From: Asterias rubens
Lineage: Eukaryota
Assembly: GCF_902459465.1 (NCBI RefSeq)
Contig: NC_047082.1
Location: forward strand, 8,680,001-8,744,000
Direction of reading: 5' to 3'
DNA length: 64,000 nt
Shown: piece after piece, positions 48,401 to 57,238 of the stretch
How the letters are laid out: each line of letters begins with the position of its first letter
Position numbering within the stretch: position 1 is the stretch's first letter
Translations under genes and position numbers: made by a program
Notes under the pieces: generated by a model
What the model saw: the letters and a program-made list of their open reading frames with translations, nothing else
Databases searched by the model: none
What the model was told of the DNA's origin: nothing

Positions 48401-51400
48401 TGTCATGTTAAGGCAATCAACATACTTAGTACATAAAATCAAACCCTGTTTTCTTGTCATGTTAAGGCAACCAACATACTTAGTACATAAAACTCTAACC
48501 CTGTTTTCTTGTCATGTTAAGGCAACCAACATACTTAGTACATAAAACTCAAACCCTGTTTTCTTGTCATGTTAAGGCAATCAACATACTTAGTACATAA
48601 AACTCTAACCCTGTTTTCTTGTCATGTTAAGGCAACCAACATACTTAGTACATAAAACTCAAACCCTGTTTTCTTGTCATGTTAAGGCAACCAACATACT
48701 TAGTACATAAAACTCAAACCCTGTTTTCTTGTCATGTTAAGGCAATCAACATACTTAGTACATAAAACTCAAACCCTGTTTTCTTGTCATGTTAAGGCAA
48801 TCAACATACTTAGTACATAAAACTCAAACCCTGTTTTCTTGTCATGTTAAGGCAATCAACATACTTGGTACATAAAACTCTAACCCCATTTTCTTGTCAT
48901 GTTAAGGCAATCAACATACTTAGTACATAAAACTCAAACCCTGTTTTCTTGTCATGTTAAGGCAACCAACATACTTAGTACATAAAACTCCAACCCCATT
49001 TTCTTGTCATGTTAAGGCAACCAACATACTTAGTACATAAAACTCTAACCCCATTTTCTTGTCATGTTAAGGCAATCAACATACTTAGTACATAAAACTC
49101 AAACCCATTTTCTTGTCATGTTAAGGCAATCAACATACTTAGTACATAAAACTCAAACCCTGTTTTCTTGTCATGTTAAGGCAATCAACATACTTGGTAC
49201 ATAAAACTCTAACCCCATTTTCTTGTCATGTTAAGGCAATCAACATACTTAGTACATAAAACTCAAACCCTGTTTTCTTGTCATGTTAAGGCAATCAACA
49301 TACTTAGTACATAAAACTCAAACCCTGTTTTCTTGTCATGTTAAGGCAACCAACATACTTAGTACATAAAACTCCAACCCCATTTTCTTGTCATGTTAAG
49401 GCAACCAACATACTTAGTACATAAAACTCTAACCCCATTTTCTTGTCATGTTAAGGCAATCAACATACTTAGTACATAAAACTCAAACCCCATTTTCTTG
49501 TCATGTTAAGGCAATCAACATACTTAGTACATAAAACTCAAACCCTGTTTTCTTGTCATGTTAAGGCAATCAACATACTTAGTACATAAAACTCTAACCC
49601 TGTTTTCTTGTCATGTTAAGGCAACCAACATACTTAGTACATAAAACTCAAACCCTGTTTTCTTGTCATGTTAAGGCAATCAACATACTTAGTACATAAA
49701 ACTCTAACCCTGTTTTCTTGTCATGTTAAGGCAACCAACATACTTAGTACATAAAACTCAAACCCTGTTTTCTTGTCATGTTAAGGCAATCAACATACTT
49801 AGTACATAAAACTCAAACCCTGTTTTCTTGTCATGTTAAGGCAATCAACATACTTGGTACATAAAACTCTAACCCCATTTTCTTGTCATGTTAAGGCAAT
49901 CAACATACTTAGTACATAAAACTCAAACCCTGTTTTCTTGTCATGTTAAGGCAACCAACATACTTAGTACATAAAACTCCAACCCCATTTTCTTGTCATG
50001 TTAAGGCAACCAACATACTTAGTACATAAAACTCTAACCCCATTTTCTTGTCATGTTAAGGCAATCAACATACTTAGTACATAAAACTCAAACCCTGTTT
50101 TCTTGTCATGTTAAGGCAATCAACATACTTAGTACATAAAACTCTAACCCCATTTTCTTGTCATGTTAAGGCAATCAACATACTTAGTACATAAAACTCA
50201 AACCCTGTTTTCTTGTCATGTTAAGGCAACCAACATACTTAGTACATAAAACTCAAACCCCATTTTCTTGTCATGTTAAGGCAATCAACATACTTAGTAC
50301 ATAAAACTCCAACCCCATTTTCTTGTCATGTTAAGGCAATCAACATACTTAGTACATAAAACTCTAACCCCATTTTCTTGTCATGTTAAGGCAACCAACA
50401 TACTTTGTACATAAAACTCAAACCCCATTTTCTTGTCATGTTAAGGCAATCAACATACTTAGTACATAAAACTCAAACCCCATTTTCTTGTCATGTTAAG
50501 GCAATCAACATACTTAGTACATAAAACTCTAACCCCATTTTCTTGTCATGTTAAGGCAACCAACATACTTTGTACATAAAACTCAAACCCTGTTTTCTTG
50601 TCATGTTAAGGCAATCAACATACTTAGTACATAAAACTCTAACCCTGTTTTCTTGTCATGTTAAGGCAACCAACATACTTAGTACATAAAACTCAAACCC
50701 TGTTTTCTTGTCATGTTAAGGCAATCAACATACTTAGTACATAAAACTCAAACCCTGTTTTCTTGTCATGTTAAGGCAACCAACATACTTAGTACATAAA
50801 ACTCTAACCCCATTTTCTTGTCATGTTAAGGCAACCAACATACTTTGTACATAAAACTCAAACCCTGTTTTCTTGTCATGTTAAGGCAATCAACATACTT
50901 AGTACATAAAACTCTAACCCTGTTTTCTTGTCATGTTAAGGCAACCAACATACTTAGTACATAAAACTCTAACCCCATTTTCTTGTCATGTTAAGGCAAC
51001 CAACATACTTAGTACATAAAACTCAAACCCTGTTTTCTTGTCATGTTTAGGCTGCCGTCGTGACGAAGACGGTTATTACTGGATCACTGGGCGTATTGAC
51101 GACATGTTCAATGTCTCTGGCCATCTCTTGAGTACAGCTCAGATTGAAGCATCTCTAATGGAGCACCCAAAGTGTGCGGAGGCTGCGGTGGTGGCCTACC
51201 CTCACAAGACTAAAGGAGAATGTTGCTACTGCTTCATCAGCCTGATTGAGGTCAGTTTAAAGAGATGTGGTTTCTCCGTTAGTAAGCGGAATTTCTTTTT
51301 TTCTTTTTTGCCCCGAAAAGAAGAAAATTACAGGTTGTTTTTATCCGTCCCCCAAAAAAAATAAAAATAAAAAATAAAAATAAAAAAAATTCAGAAACAC

Positions 51401-52029
51401 CATGTGTATTTAATTTGCTGTGTAGAAACAATATCCCTCGATGTGTATTTAAAAAATATTGATTAGTACATGTAACTTTTTCTTTTTTAATTAGGGAGCC
51501 GAGTTCACAGAGGAACTTGTTCACCAACTCAAAGATATGGGTAAGCTTCTTAAAGATGAAATATTATTTGCTTTTAACTAGCTCTCATTTATGGACTGTC
51601 CTCTCTTTTGCAGAGGGCACTTCATCAGATTTAATATAGTTGTGGTAATCAATGTAACAGACATGTAGTAATTATTTGTCAAACTGTCTCTGTTTTTTTT
51701 TTTTTTTTACAAAGCTGGAATATAAATACCTGTTTACGTTGTGTTACTCTGTGACTAAGTGGTTTTGTTTTGGTGGGTTTTTTTTTTCTTCGATAGTGCG
51801 TACAAAGATTGGCCCATTCGCTGCGCCGGACGTTCTTCAGAATGCTCCGGGCTTGCCAAAGACGCGCTCGGGGAAAATCATGCGCCGCGTTCTACGCAAG
51901 ATAGCGCGTAACGACCACGACCTGGGAGACGTCAGCACCATGGCCGATTCAACGGTCGTTGAGGTTCTATTTGCCAATCGACCCGACGTGGAGAAGTGGT
52001 CGGGATTGCACAACCAGATTGTCCTGTAG
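27452..52029 (+). CDS. ACSS2: Acetyl-CoA synthetase, cytoplasmic/nuclear (ACSS2), 16 exons, 698 aa
   Basis: Exons 27452-27789, 29544-29635, 30288-30391, 31111-31183, 33366-33441, 39831-39942, 40480-40595, 41419-41611, 41949-42082, 42411-42543, 42746-42802, 43356-43436, 43601-43709, 51051-51250, 51495-51540, 51797-52029. All GT-AG and phase-consistent (2097 nt). Motifs [60 protein letters not shown]. Confidence 0.96.
28890..29067. mobile_element. GGCCCAATTTCAT-type MITE (related copies ~9315-9480, ~18475-18740, ~43736-43935)
   Basis: GGCCCAATTTCA...TGAAACTTGGCCC inverted termini; recurring interior GCTAAGCA / GACACCAGTCACAA. Confidence 0.65.
30880..31080 (-). mobile_element. tRNA-derived SINE interrupted by a ~90-bp inverted-repeat insert
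   Basis: Minus strand: GGCGTGTCCTGACCGAGCGGTTAAGAGCAC (A box) ... GGGTTCGAGTCCCGGTCATG (B box); insert TGGGGTGCGTTT...AAACGCACCCCA at ~30944-31034. Confidence 0.65.
32340..32520 (+). mobile_element. tRNA-derived SINE
   Basis: A box TAGTCTAGTTGG, B box GGTTCGAATCC, no closing acceptor stem; shared body with other copies. Confidence 0.75.
32679..32971. mobile_element. MITE nested inside a family-A MITE
   Basis: TIR TATTTTTGACCGCGCGAGGGCGCT / AGCGCCCTCACGCGGTCAAAAATA interrupts the host sequence GGTAAT|TGTCAAAGACC. Confidence 0.75.
33657..34055. mobile_element. TTAA-flanked near-palindromic MITE, family C
   Basis: TTAAAGGAACATGTTGCCTTGGAT...ATCCAAGGCAACGTGTTCCTTTAA; central TTTATGGGAGTCAAAAATTTGACTCCCATAAA. 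Confidence 0.85.
36143..37162 (-). CDS. Intronless class A (rhodopsin-like) GPCR, aminergic/trace-amine-like orphan, 339 aa, nested in ACSS2 intron 5
   Basis: 7 hydrophobic segments; N-terminal N-glycosylation sequons (NNT, NTT); TM1 GN, TM2 [11 protein letters not shown]1 [10 protein letters not shown]3 Asp at 3.32 and ERY, TM6 CWTP, TM7 NSFFNVFIY. Confidence 0.93.
   Translation of the reverse strand: MNNTTAEEYLSPYLIALRTCFVAAVVFMIISGNALSITVTRSMPKLADSTKVLMISLAAYDLLTGVISLPNVIASAFNFWPFGELYCSINATLDATCCCMSIILIVLMNAERYIAVTMPFQFPSLCAKNRVINLVVLLSILSFALQIILSLIQQDSDKFIFKAVLLCVVGSNGPLFEVSILVFFVILPLIVLILIYWRLIKLSRNHAVMLNKNKDCKNDPNFLDNKALRSFLVITVLFAVCWTPLRVARIIAAINQKQLKNWLIFITKGFAICNSFFNVFIYCFFNHSFRSATKRLLNPYFPCCKATIAPATANQTSQEMDCKPVKRRGTKAAFINVQL
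38585..38987. mobile_element. Diverged family-C TTAA MITE
   Basis: TTAAAAGGACACTTTGCCTTGGATC...ATCCAATGCAACGTGTCTCTTTAA. Confidence 0.7.
40134..40355. mobile_element. TA-flanked MITE (TAGACTTGTGGACAAGTCG termini); older interrupted copy ~9253-9601
   Basis: TAGACTTGTGGACAAGTCGTTTAATG / CATTAACGACTTGTCCACAAGTCTA inverted termini. Confidence 0.75.
40615..40892. repeat. ~130-bp tandem duplication just downstream of the ACSS2 exon 7 donor
   Basis: (TTC)n-TTTCTAGTA..TCTTCATGATTGAAGATAGTCGCACTGCCTGACACACTGAGACG...TTGACAGGACCTACAGCTGTAA at 40621 and 40751. Confidence 0.85.
40919..41308. mobile_element. TTAA-flanked near-palindromic MITE, family C
   Basis: Perfect TIR TTAAAGGAACACGTTGCCTTGGATCGG; whole element largely self-complementary. 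Confidence 0.88.
44045..51056 (+). repeat. ~7-kb minisatellite (5 x 54 bp plus ~122 x 55 bp) built from the ACSS2 intron 13 3' splice site
   Basis: Main unit ATGTTAAGGCAAYCAACATACTTAGTACATAAAACTCWAACCCYRTTTTCTTGTC from 44341; 54-bp ATGTTTAG|GCTGCC units at 44071-44340; the array runs into the true acceptor ...TTTTCTTGTCATGTTTAG|GCTGCCGT at 51050/51051. Confidence 0.97.
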
Positions 52030-52101
52030 AGTCATTCTGTAGAGTCATTCTGTAGAGTCTTTATGTAGAGTCATTCTGTAGAGTCATTCTGTAGAGTCAT
52101 C
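52024..52101 (+). repeat. 13-bp tandem repeat (CTGTAGAGTCATT) x6 starting at the ACSS2 last codon and stop
   Basis: Units start at 52024, 52037, 52050, 52063, 52076 and 52089; the first unit contains CTG TAG. Confidence 0.9.
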
Positions 52102-54633
52102 CAGAGAGCCCAAAAGGAGTACTGTAATACATGTATATTGCCATATTTTGGTGAGATGAACAATTTCATCTGTTGAGCAGGGGGAGGAAAATGGGCTAGA
52201 CGAGTAAAAATTGCTGTTATACTCAAAAAATTACAAGGAGATCGCCAACACATATAGCTCAGTTGGTGTCTCAGTTGGTGTCTCAGGGAAACCTGTCCAT
52301 CGGTGATTCTGTCCCTCATATTATGGTTAAATGGAAAAGTTGTACACTGTTCCCCGTACATGCCCTAATGGGGTGGACAGAATCTCCTGCTGCCACACCA
52401 GCACGTTAATATGGAGGTTGTTGGTTCGAACCCCACTTTAGTAAATTTGTCCTTGTTCAACCCCAAATTATTTAAAATTTACCCAGTCAGTTTCCCCTGT
52501 TGTTTATTACTTGATACTAAAATACTGGTCAACTCTGTTTTGTTCTTTATTGGGCTGGATCAAGGGAAGTTGTGTTGAAGAAATATGAAAGTATTATATA
52601 AAAGATGAGTAAGAATAAATTTTAGGATTAGTCAATGTTATTTTTTTTTTTAGTTGGAATCATTTTTTATTTTTTGGGGAAACTGTATTCAGAGGACTCC
52701 TGCCTGCTTAAAAAAATGTAAAATGTTACCATGGAAATACAATTTGTATTGCTATGTACTAACTAAATCATAAAATTTCCTGTTTTTGCCATTTGCCAAT
52801 TCTTTATTCATCTGTCAAATCTCTGCCCTGAAGAGGGAAGACTTCTGAATTGTTTCTTAAACTTAATGAACTGGGCTTTCAAAAATATGTGCACCATAAT
52901 GATGTATTGACTCATGGTGCTTTTATTACTTAACAGTATTTGGTTGCCTTGGAAATTATGTACTTTTCTTCATTCTGTCATCGTAATAAAAACATGCCAT
53001 AGAAACAGATATTATTTTACATGCAATATAAACTGCCAATATTCAATTTCAAAAACTTTTATCCATTATTTTTTCCCCAGAAAGATGCTCAATAGGCCTT
53101 ACAGTCTTATTATAATGCCACCATATTTTAAATCTTGCTCCCTGTGTGTAAAAGCGAGTAATACCGAGTCTCAAATTCACTGGAAAAGCCCTATGAAAAA
53201 TACCCAATAAATTGTTTTAAATTATAGTTTTTTTGCCAATTATAGTTTTTGCTAATTAACAAATTATCTTCAAAGTGCATTCCTAACTACATTCTAACAT
53301 ACATAGATTGAAGGTTTTTGTTACAATTGGTGTCACGATGGAGCTGAGGAATTTTCTGTATAAATTTTGGAGCATTTGATTTTCATAAAAGAAAACCAGC
53401 TGATGTTAATTTTTAACTTTTGATTAGGAGTCGCTCTTTGTCTAACTGCTAAGCATAATTTAGTACGGTATTGGTACAAACATGTTTATTATTACATATT
53501 AGGTGATTGGTAACATATTTCTGCTAAGCAGATTTTTTGCATCAATCAGCTTAAATTGCATTGGGCAAATCCAAGGACATGCAATAAACCACGCCCCTCC
53601 CTCACTAAACAAATTAATTGGAATGTGAACATATTTGTGTATTTTTATGTATTTTATAGAAACCAGTGAATACATAAGCTTATGAGGGAAGAAAAAAGGC
53701 AATTATGAAATAGACTTGTTCCTTTCAATGTGTGTAAATAATGTTCTTAGATTATCGTTCTTAGTACCATATACATTGCTATAAAACTGTGCAAGGTAAT
53801 TAGTTTGATTGATATAGTTGTAGAGAAATCAGAACTGCAGAGGTAGATTGTAATAGCAGTTTATTGAGGATACCTAGTGAGGCTGTTTAACCAACAATGC
53901 GCACAATCAATCGCAAATTTCGCATGAATATGTAAAGCAGTTTGCATAATTAAAAGAGTGCTGTATCAAAGTCTCAGTTCTTGCGACAAAAATAGTATTG
54001 AAAACATGTAAATTGAGGCTTTTTAACCAACAATGCAAGTTCCACGTGAACTTTATAAATTAATGGGTTGCATAATTAAAAAGACCGCAAAATTTCATCT
54101 CTTTTCAAAAATAGTATTGATAATAAACCACTGTGTAAATTAAGCTTTTTAAAGAGGCTTTTTGTTGTACACGGAGTTGTGAACTCTCACCCAGTTACTA
54201 ATAACTGGGTAAGAGTTGATGTACCATGTACAGCCAGAGACCTGTTTTGATCTTGACGACAAAGCCCCTTTAAGTGTAGCAAAATATGGCTCCCATCTTT
54301 GAGAAACTCGATTTCCAAGTTTTAAAAAGTTTGGTGCCACCGTGCACTTGTGTAAACATTCTCCTCAAGTTTGTTGATAGTTCAGAACGAGAGGTCACGG
54401 AGGTCATGACCTCTGTTGACCTGGTCTGTCCTTTGTTGACCTTGTCTTTGCCCCCTTTTAATCAGACAAAGTACCTGGGCCATATTTAATAAAGCCTGTA
54501 AGAACAAAAACTTGCTAAACACAGAATAGTTTAGCAACACAGAAACAGCGATGGTCTATTTTTATCAAGGTGTGTACATTTTTGGAGCTGTTAAGAATTA
54601 CCAGTTTGCATTCAGTGTTAGCGTTTACAATTA

Positions 54634-54822
54634 AGGCCGGGTCGTCGCACAGGCCCTGATAACGAGAACAAAAATGAGAAAGATAAAAATGCACGCCCTC
54701 GATTGGTTGAAAAGCTCCTTGCCTAAGTGCATTCAACCACTCTATGATTCAACCAATCGAGGGCGTGCATTTTTATCCTTCTCGTTTTCGTTCTCGTTAC
54801 CGGGGCCTGTGTGACCGGGCCT
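54634..54822. mobile_element. Palindromic AGGCC-terminated MITE with TTA TSD (PIF/Harbinger-like)
   Basis: TTA|AGGCCGGGTCG...CACAGGCCCTGATAACGAG / CTCGTTACCGGGGCCTGTGTGACCGGGCCT|TTA. Confidence 0.8.
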
Positions 54823-55419
54823 TTAATCAAGTTATGTTTAGAAACAACAATATTAAGTTGTTTGTGCATCTGAACATGTCAAACATTTTTGTAGTTTTAA
54901 ATATTCTGTACTAAGTTTGTTTGCAAAGTGCAATCTTTAAACTTAAATTTTAGGACTGGTCAGAAATTTCCAACTTACATTGTTTTCAAATGCAAAAACA
55001 AAAACTTATAACTTCCACTGTATTCTACTATTTTGTAATTTTTCTATTGATTATTTAATCAAGATTACTGCATCAGTTTCATAGGTAATTATTTGATGTA
55101 TTTCTGTACACAGCATTTATATATCGGACTGACCAATAAATTTTCAACTCTTGTAATTTACTATAAAAACCGCGTGTATGTAAGATGATATAATTGTGTT
55201 CCAGATCATCACAATTCTAACCCTAACCCAGCCTCAGCCCAACCCAAAACTTTTATCTGAATTCAGACTTTTTATGTCTGCATGATGAAGAAAATTTGAT
55301 GTTATTTTCTCCAGATTTAAATATATCCTGCTATTTAATCTCCTTCTCTAGCGCTTAGGATACTCTTCCTAGAAGCCCCTTGAAATCTATCAATCATAGG
55401 GGGGTTATCATGGTTAAAT

Positions 55420-55735
55420 GGTGGCATGGTTGGCGTGGTGGCATGGTTGGCAGGTGCGTAAAGCACTCGCCTCTCACCCTTGTTCGATTCCCGGCCGGGG
55501 CCATATTATGTGAGTCGAGTTGGTTCTCTGCTGTGCCACAAGGGTTTTCCAGTCCATCCGGTTATCCTCCCTCGGGAAAAATCAAACACTTTCGATCTTG
55601 GCTGTGCTCCGTGGTCATAATGGGTTGATGTGGCTGGCAGCCAGAGGCTCCCTTGCATGCCTGCTTCTCGAACACGTTGTAGCCGCGTCCTTCGCAATTC
55701 AGCTCTTAGCTGCGAGTAAGGATGATTAGCCCCCC
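55420..55735 (+). mobile_element. tRNA-derived SINE with V-domain-like core
   Basis: B-box-like GTTCGATTCCC; core GGGTTTTCCAGTCCATCCGGTTATCCTCCC resembles the V-SINE core; ends in an AT-rich tail. Confidence 0.55.
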
Positions 55736-56964
55736 AAATTAATTATTAATATCAAAAGGCTGAAATGCCATTATTCCAATATACCTCCTAAGATATGGAT
55801 CCAGTTTTGGACCTTTTTATTCAATCGAAATTCAATCGAAATTGAATGAGCTGTACGTTGAATTGGATGACTTTTTTTTTTTTACAACATTCATTTTGCC
55901 TGGAAAAAGAACCAAAGGATTGATCATCAGTCCTAAAATACTCAAAAATGAAAGAACTCAAACAAACTAGTGTTGTTTCAAAAAACACTGACTGTATTTA
56001 TTCTGAAAAAGGCACATACAATGATTACATGATTTGATCATATAAAAAAAGCCTATTAACATGATATTTGGCCCTTAGAAAAAAATGGGAATTTTTTTAT
56101 TGTGTACGAATGGTACTAGGCCTATAGGCTTTTTTATAACAACTTTGCAGGTTTTTTTCTGAGGGCCAAAAAACAGAAATCAAACTTTTAAGAAGGAAGA
56201 ATACCTTGCATGATAACAGAAAAGTTTGGATACATGCTTGTAACAAAACATATGTTTATATATTTTTGGTTTCTAAAAAAAAAAAGATAAGCTGAAGTTT
56301 GAACTGATATAAATATTTTTTAACAAATTTTCCTCGCTGAGTAAATACATAATGTGCATGAGAAGAAAAATGTGTTGGATTTTATACGAGCTTTTCAAAG
56401 AAACCATCCAATGCAGAAACAAACTGATTATCTAAAACTTAGATAAGTAAACGTGATTTTTACCTAAATTTTGAAAACAGAACAAAAGCTAATTACAACA
56501 CTGTTTTTGAGAGTATATTTCCATCCTGTCTGTTTCAACCAACCAGCATTAAAAAAAATCCACTTCTGTCGGCAAGTTTAGTTTAAAGAGGGACTTAAAT
56601 TCGGATTCAGTTTCATTTCTTTACTTTTCTTAATAGACAGAGTCATTGTGACAGTGGAAATTTCTTTTACTCTGACTCCAACTCCAAAGGGAAAGTATAC
56701 CTTTTAATTTGTACGGTATTTTTTACTATGTTGCCGTTATGCTATTAAGTCAAAACCTCTGTGGGACCAGTCCTATTTGGTATACATTACTCGGTAACCA
56801 GTTTCCCTCGAGATTTTTCTGTTCTAAGCAATTCTTTTGCTTTTAAAAACAGCTCAGAGAAGCAGGTATATTTACAATTGGAAAAATGGCATCTAATACT
56901 CGAGTCACACTGAAATATCCCAGGTCCTCCCCACTTCATACCAGGGGTGCCCCTCTAACAATCC

Positions 56965-57200
56965 GAAGGTCCCCCTCCTTGGTCAAAGGTTTTCCCCCTC
57001 CTTGGTCAAAGGTTTACCCCCTCCTTGGTCAAAGGTTTCCCCCTCCCTTAGTCCAAGGTTCCCCCTCCTCCCCCAAGGTTTCCCCCTCCTCCCCCAAGGT
57101 TCCCCCTCCTCCCCAAGGTTTTCCCCCTCCCTAGTTAAAGGTTTTCCCCCTCCCTAGTCCAAGGTTTCCCCCACCCTAAGATTTTTCCCCTCCCCAACCC
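56965..57200 (-). repeat. Degenerate ~20-23-bp G-rich (minus strand) tandem repeat in the RPA2 3' region
   Basis: About 10-11 units of AGGTT(T)CCCCCTCC(TTGGTCA/TCCCC)A on + strand, i.e. GGGGAGGAGGGGG-type runs on the RPA2 sense strand. Confidence 0.85.
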
Positions 57201-57238
57201 GATCATCAAGGTTCATCACGTATTGCTCACTCAGATAT

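Noticed and set aside
44341-51042. Recursive-splicing (ratchet) sites
   Set aside because: The AG is followed by GCAAYC, not GT or GCAAGT, so no donor is regenerated.
44045-51050. CRISPR-like array interpretation of the 55-bp repeat
   Set aside because: Units are contiguous with only point variants and no unique spacers; eukaryotic intron; no cas genes.
55217-55229. Telomerase RNA template-like CTAACCCTAACCC
   Set aside because: Part of a short degenerate hexamer run; no pseudoknot or H/ACA domain recognisable.
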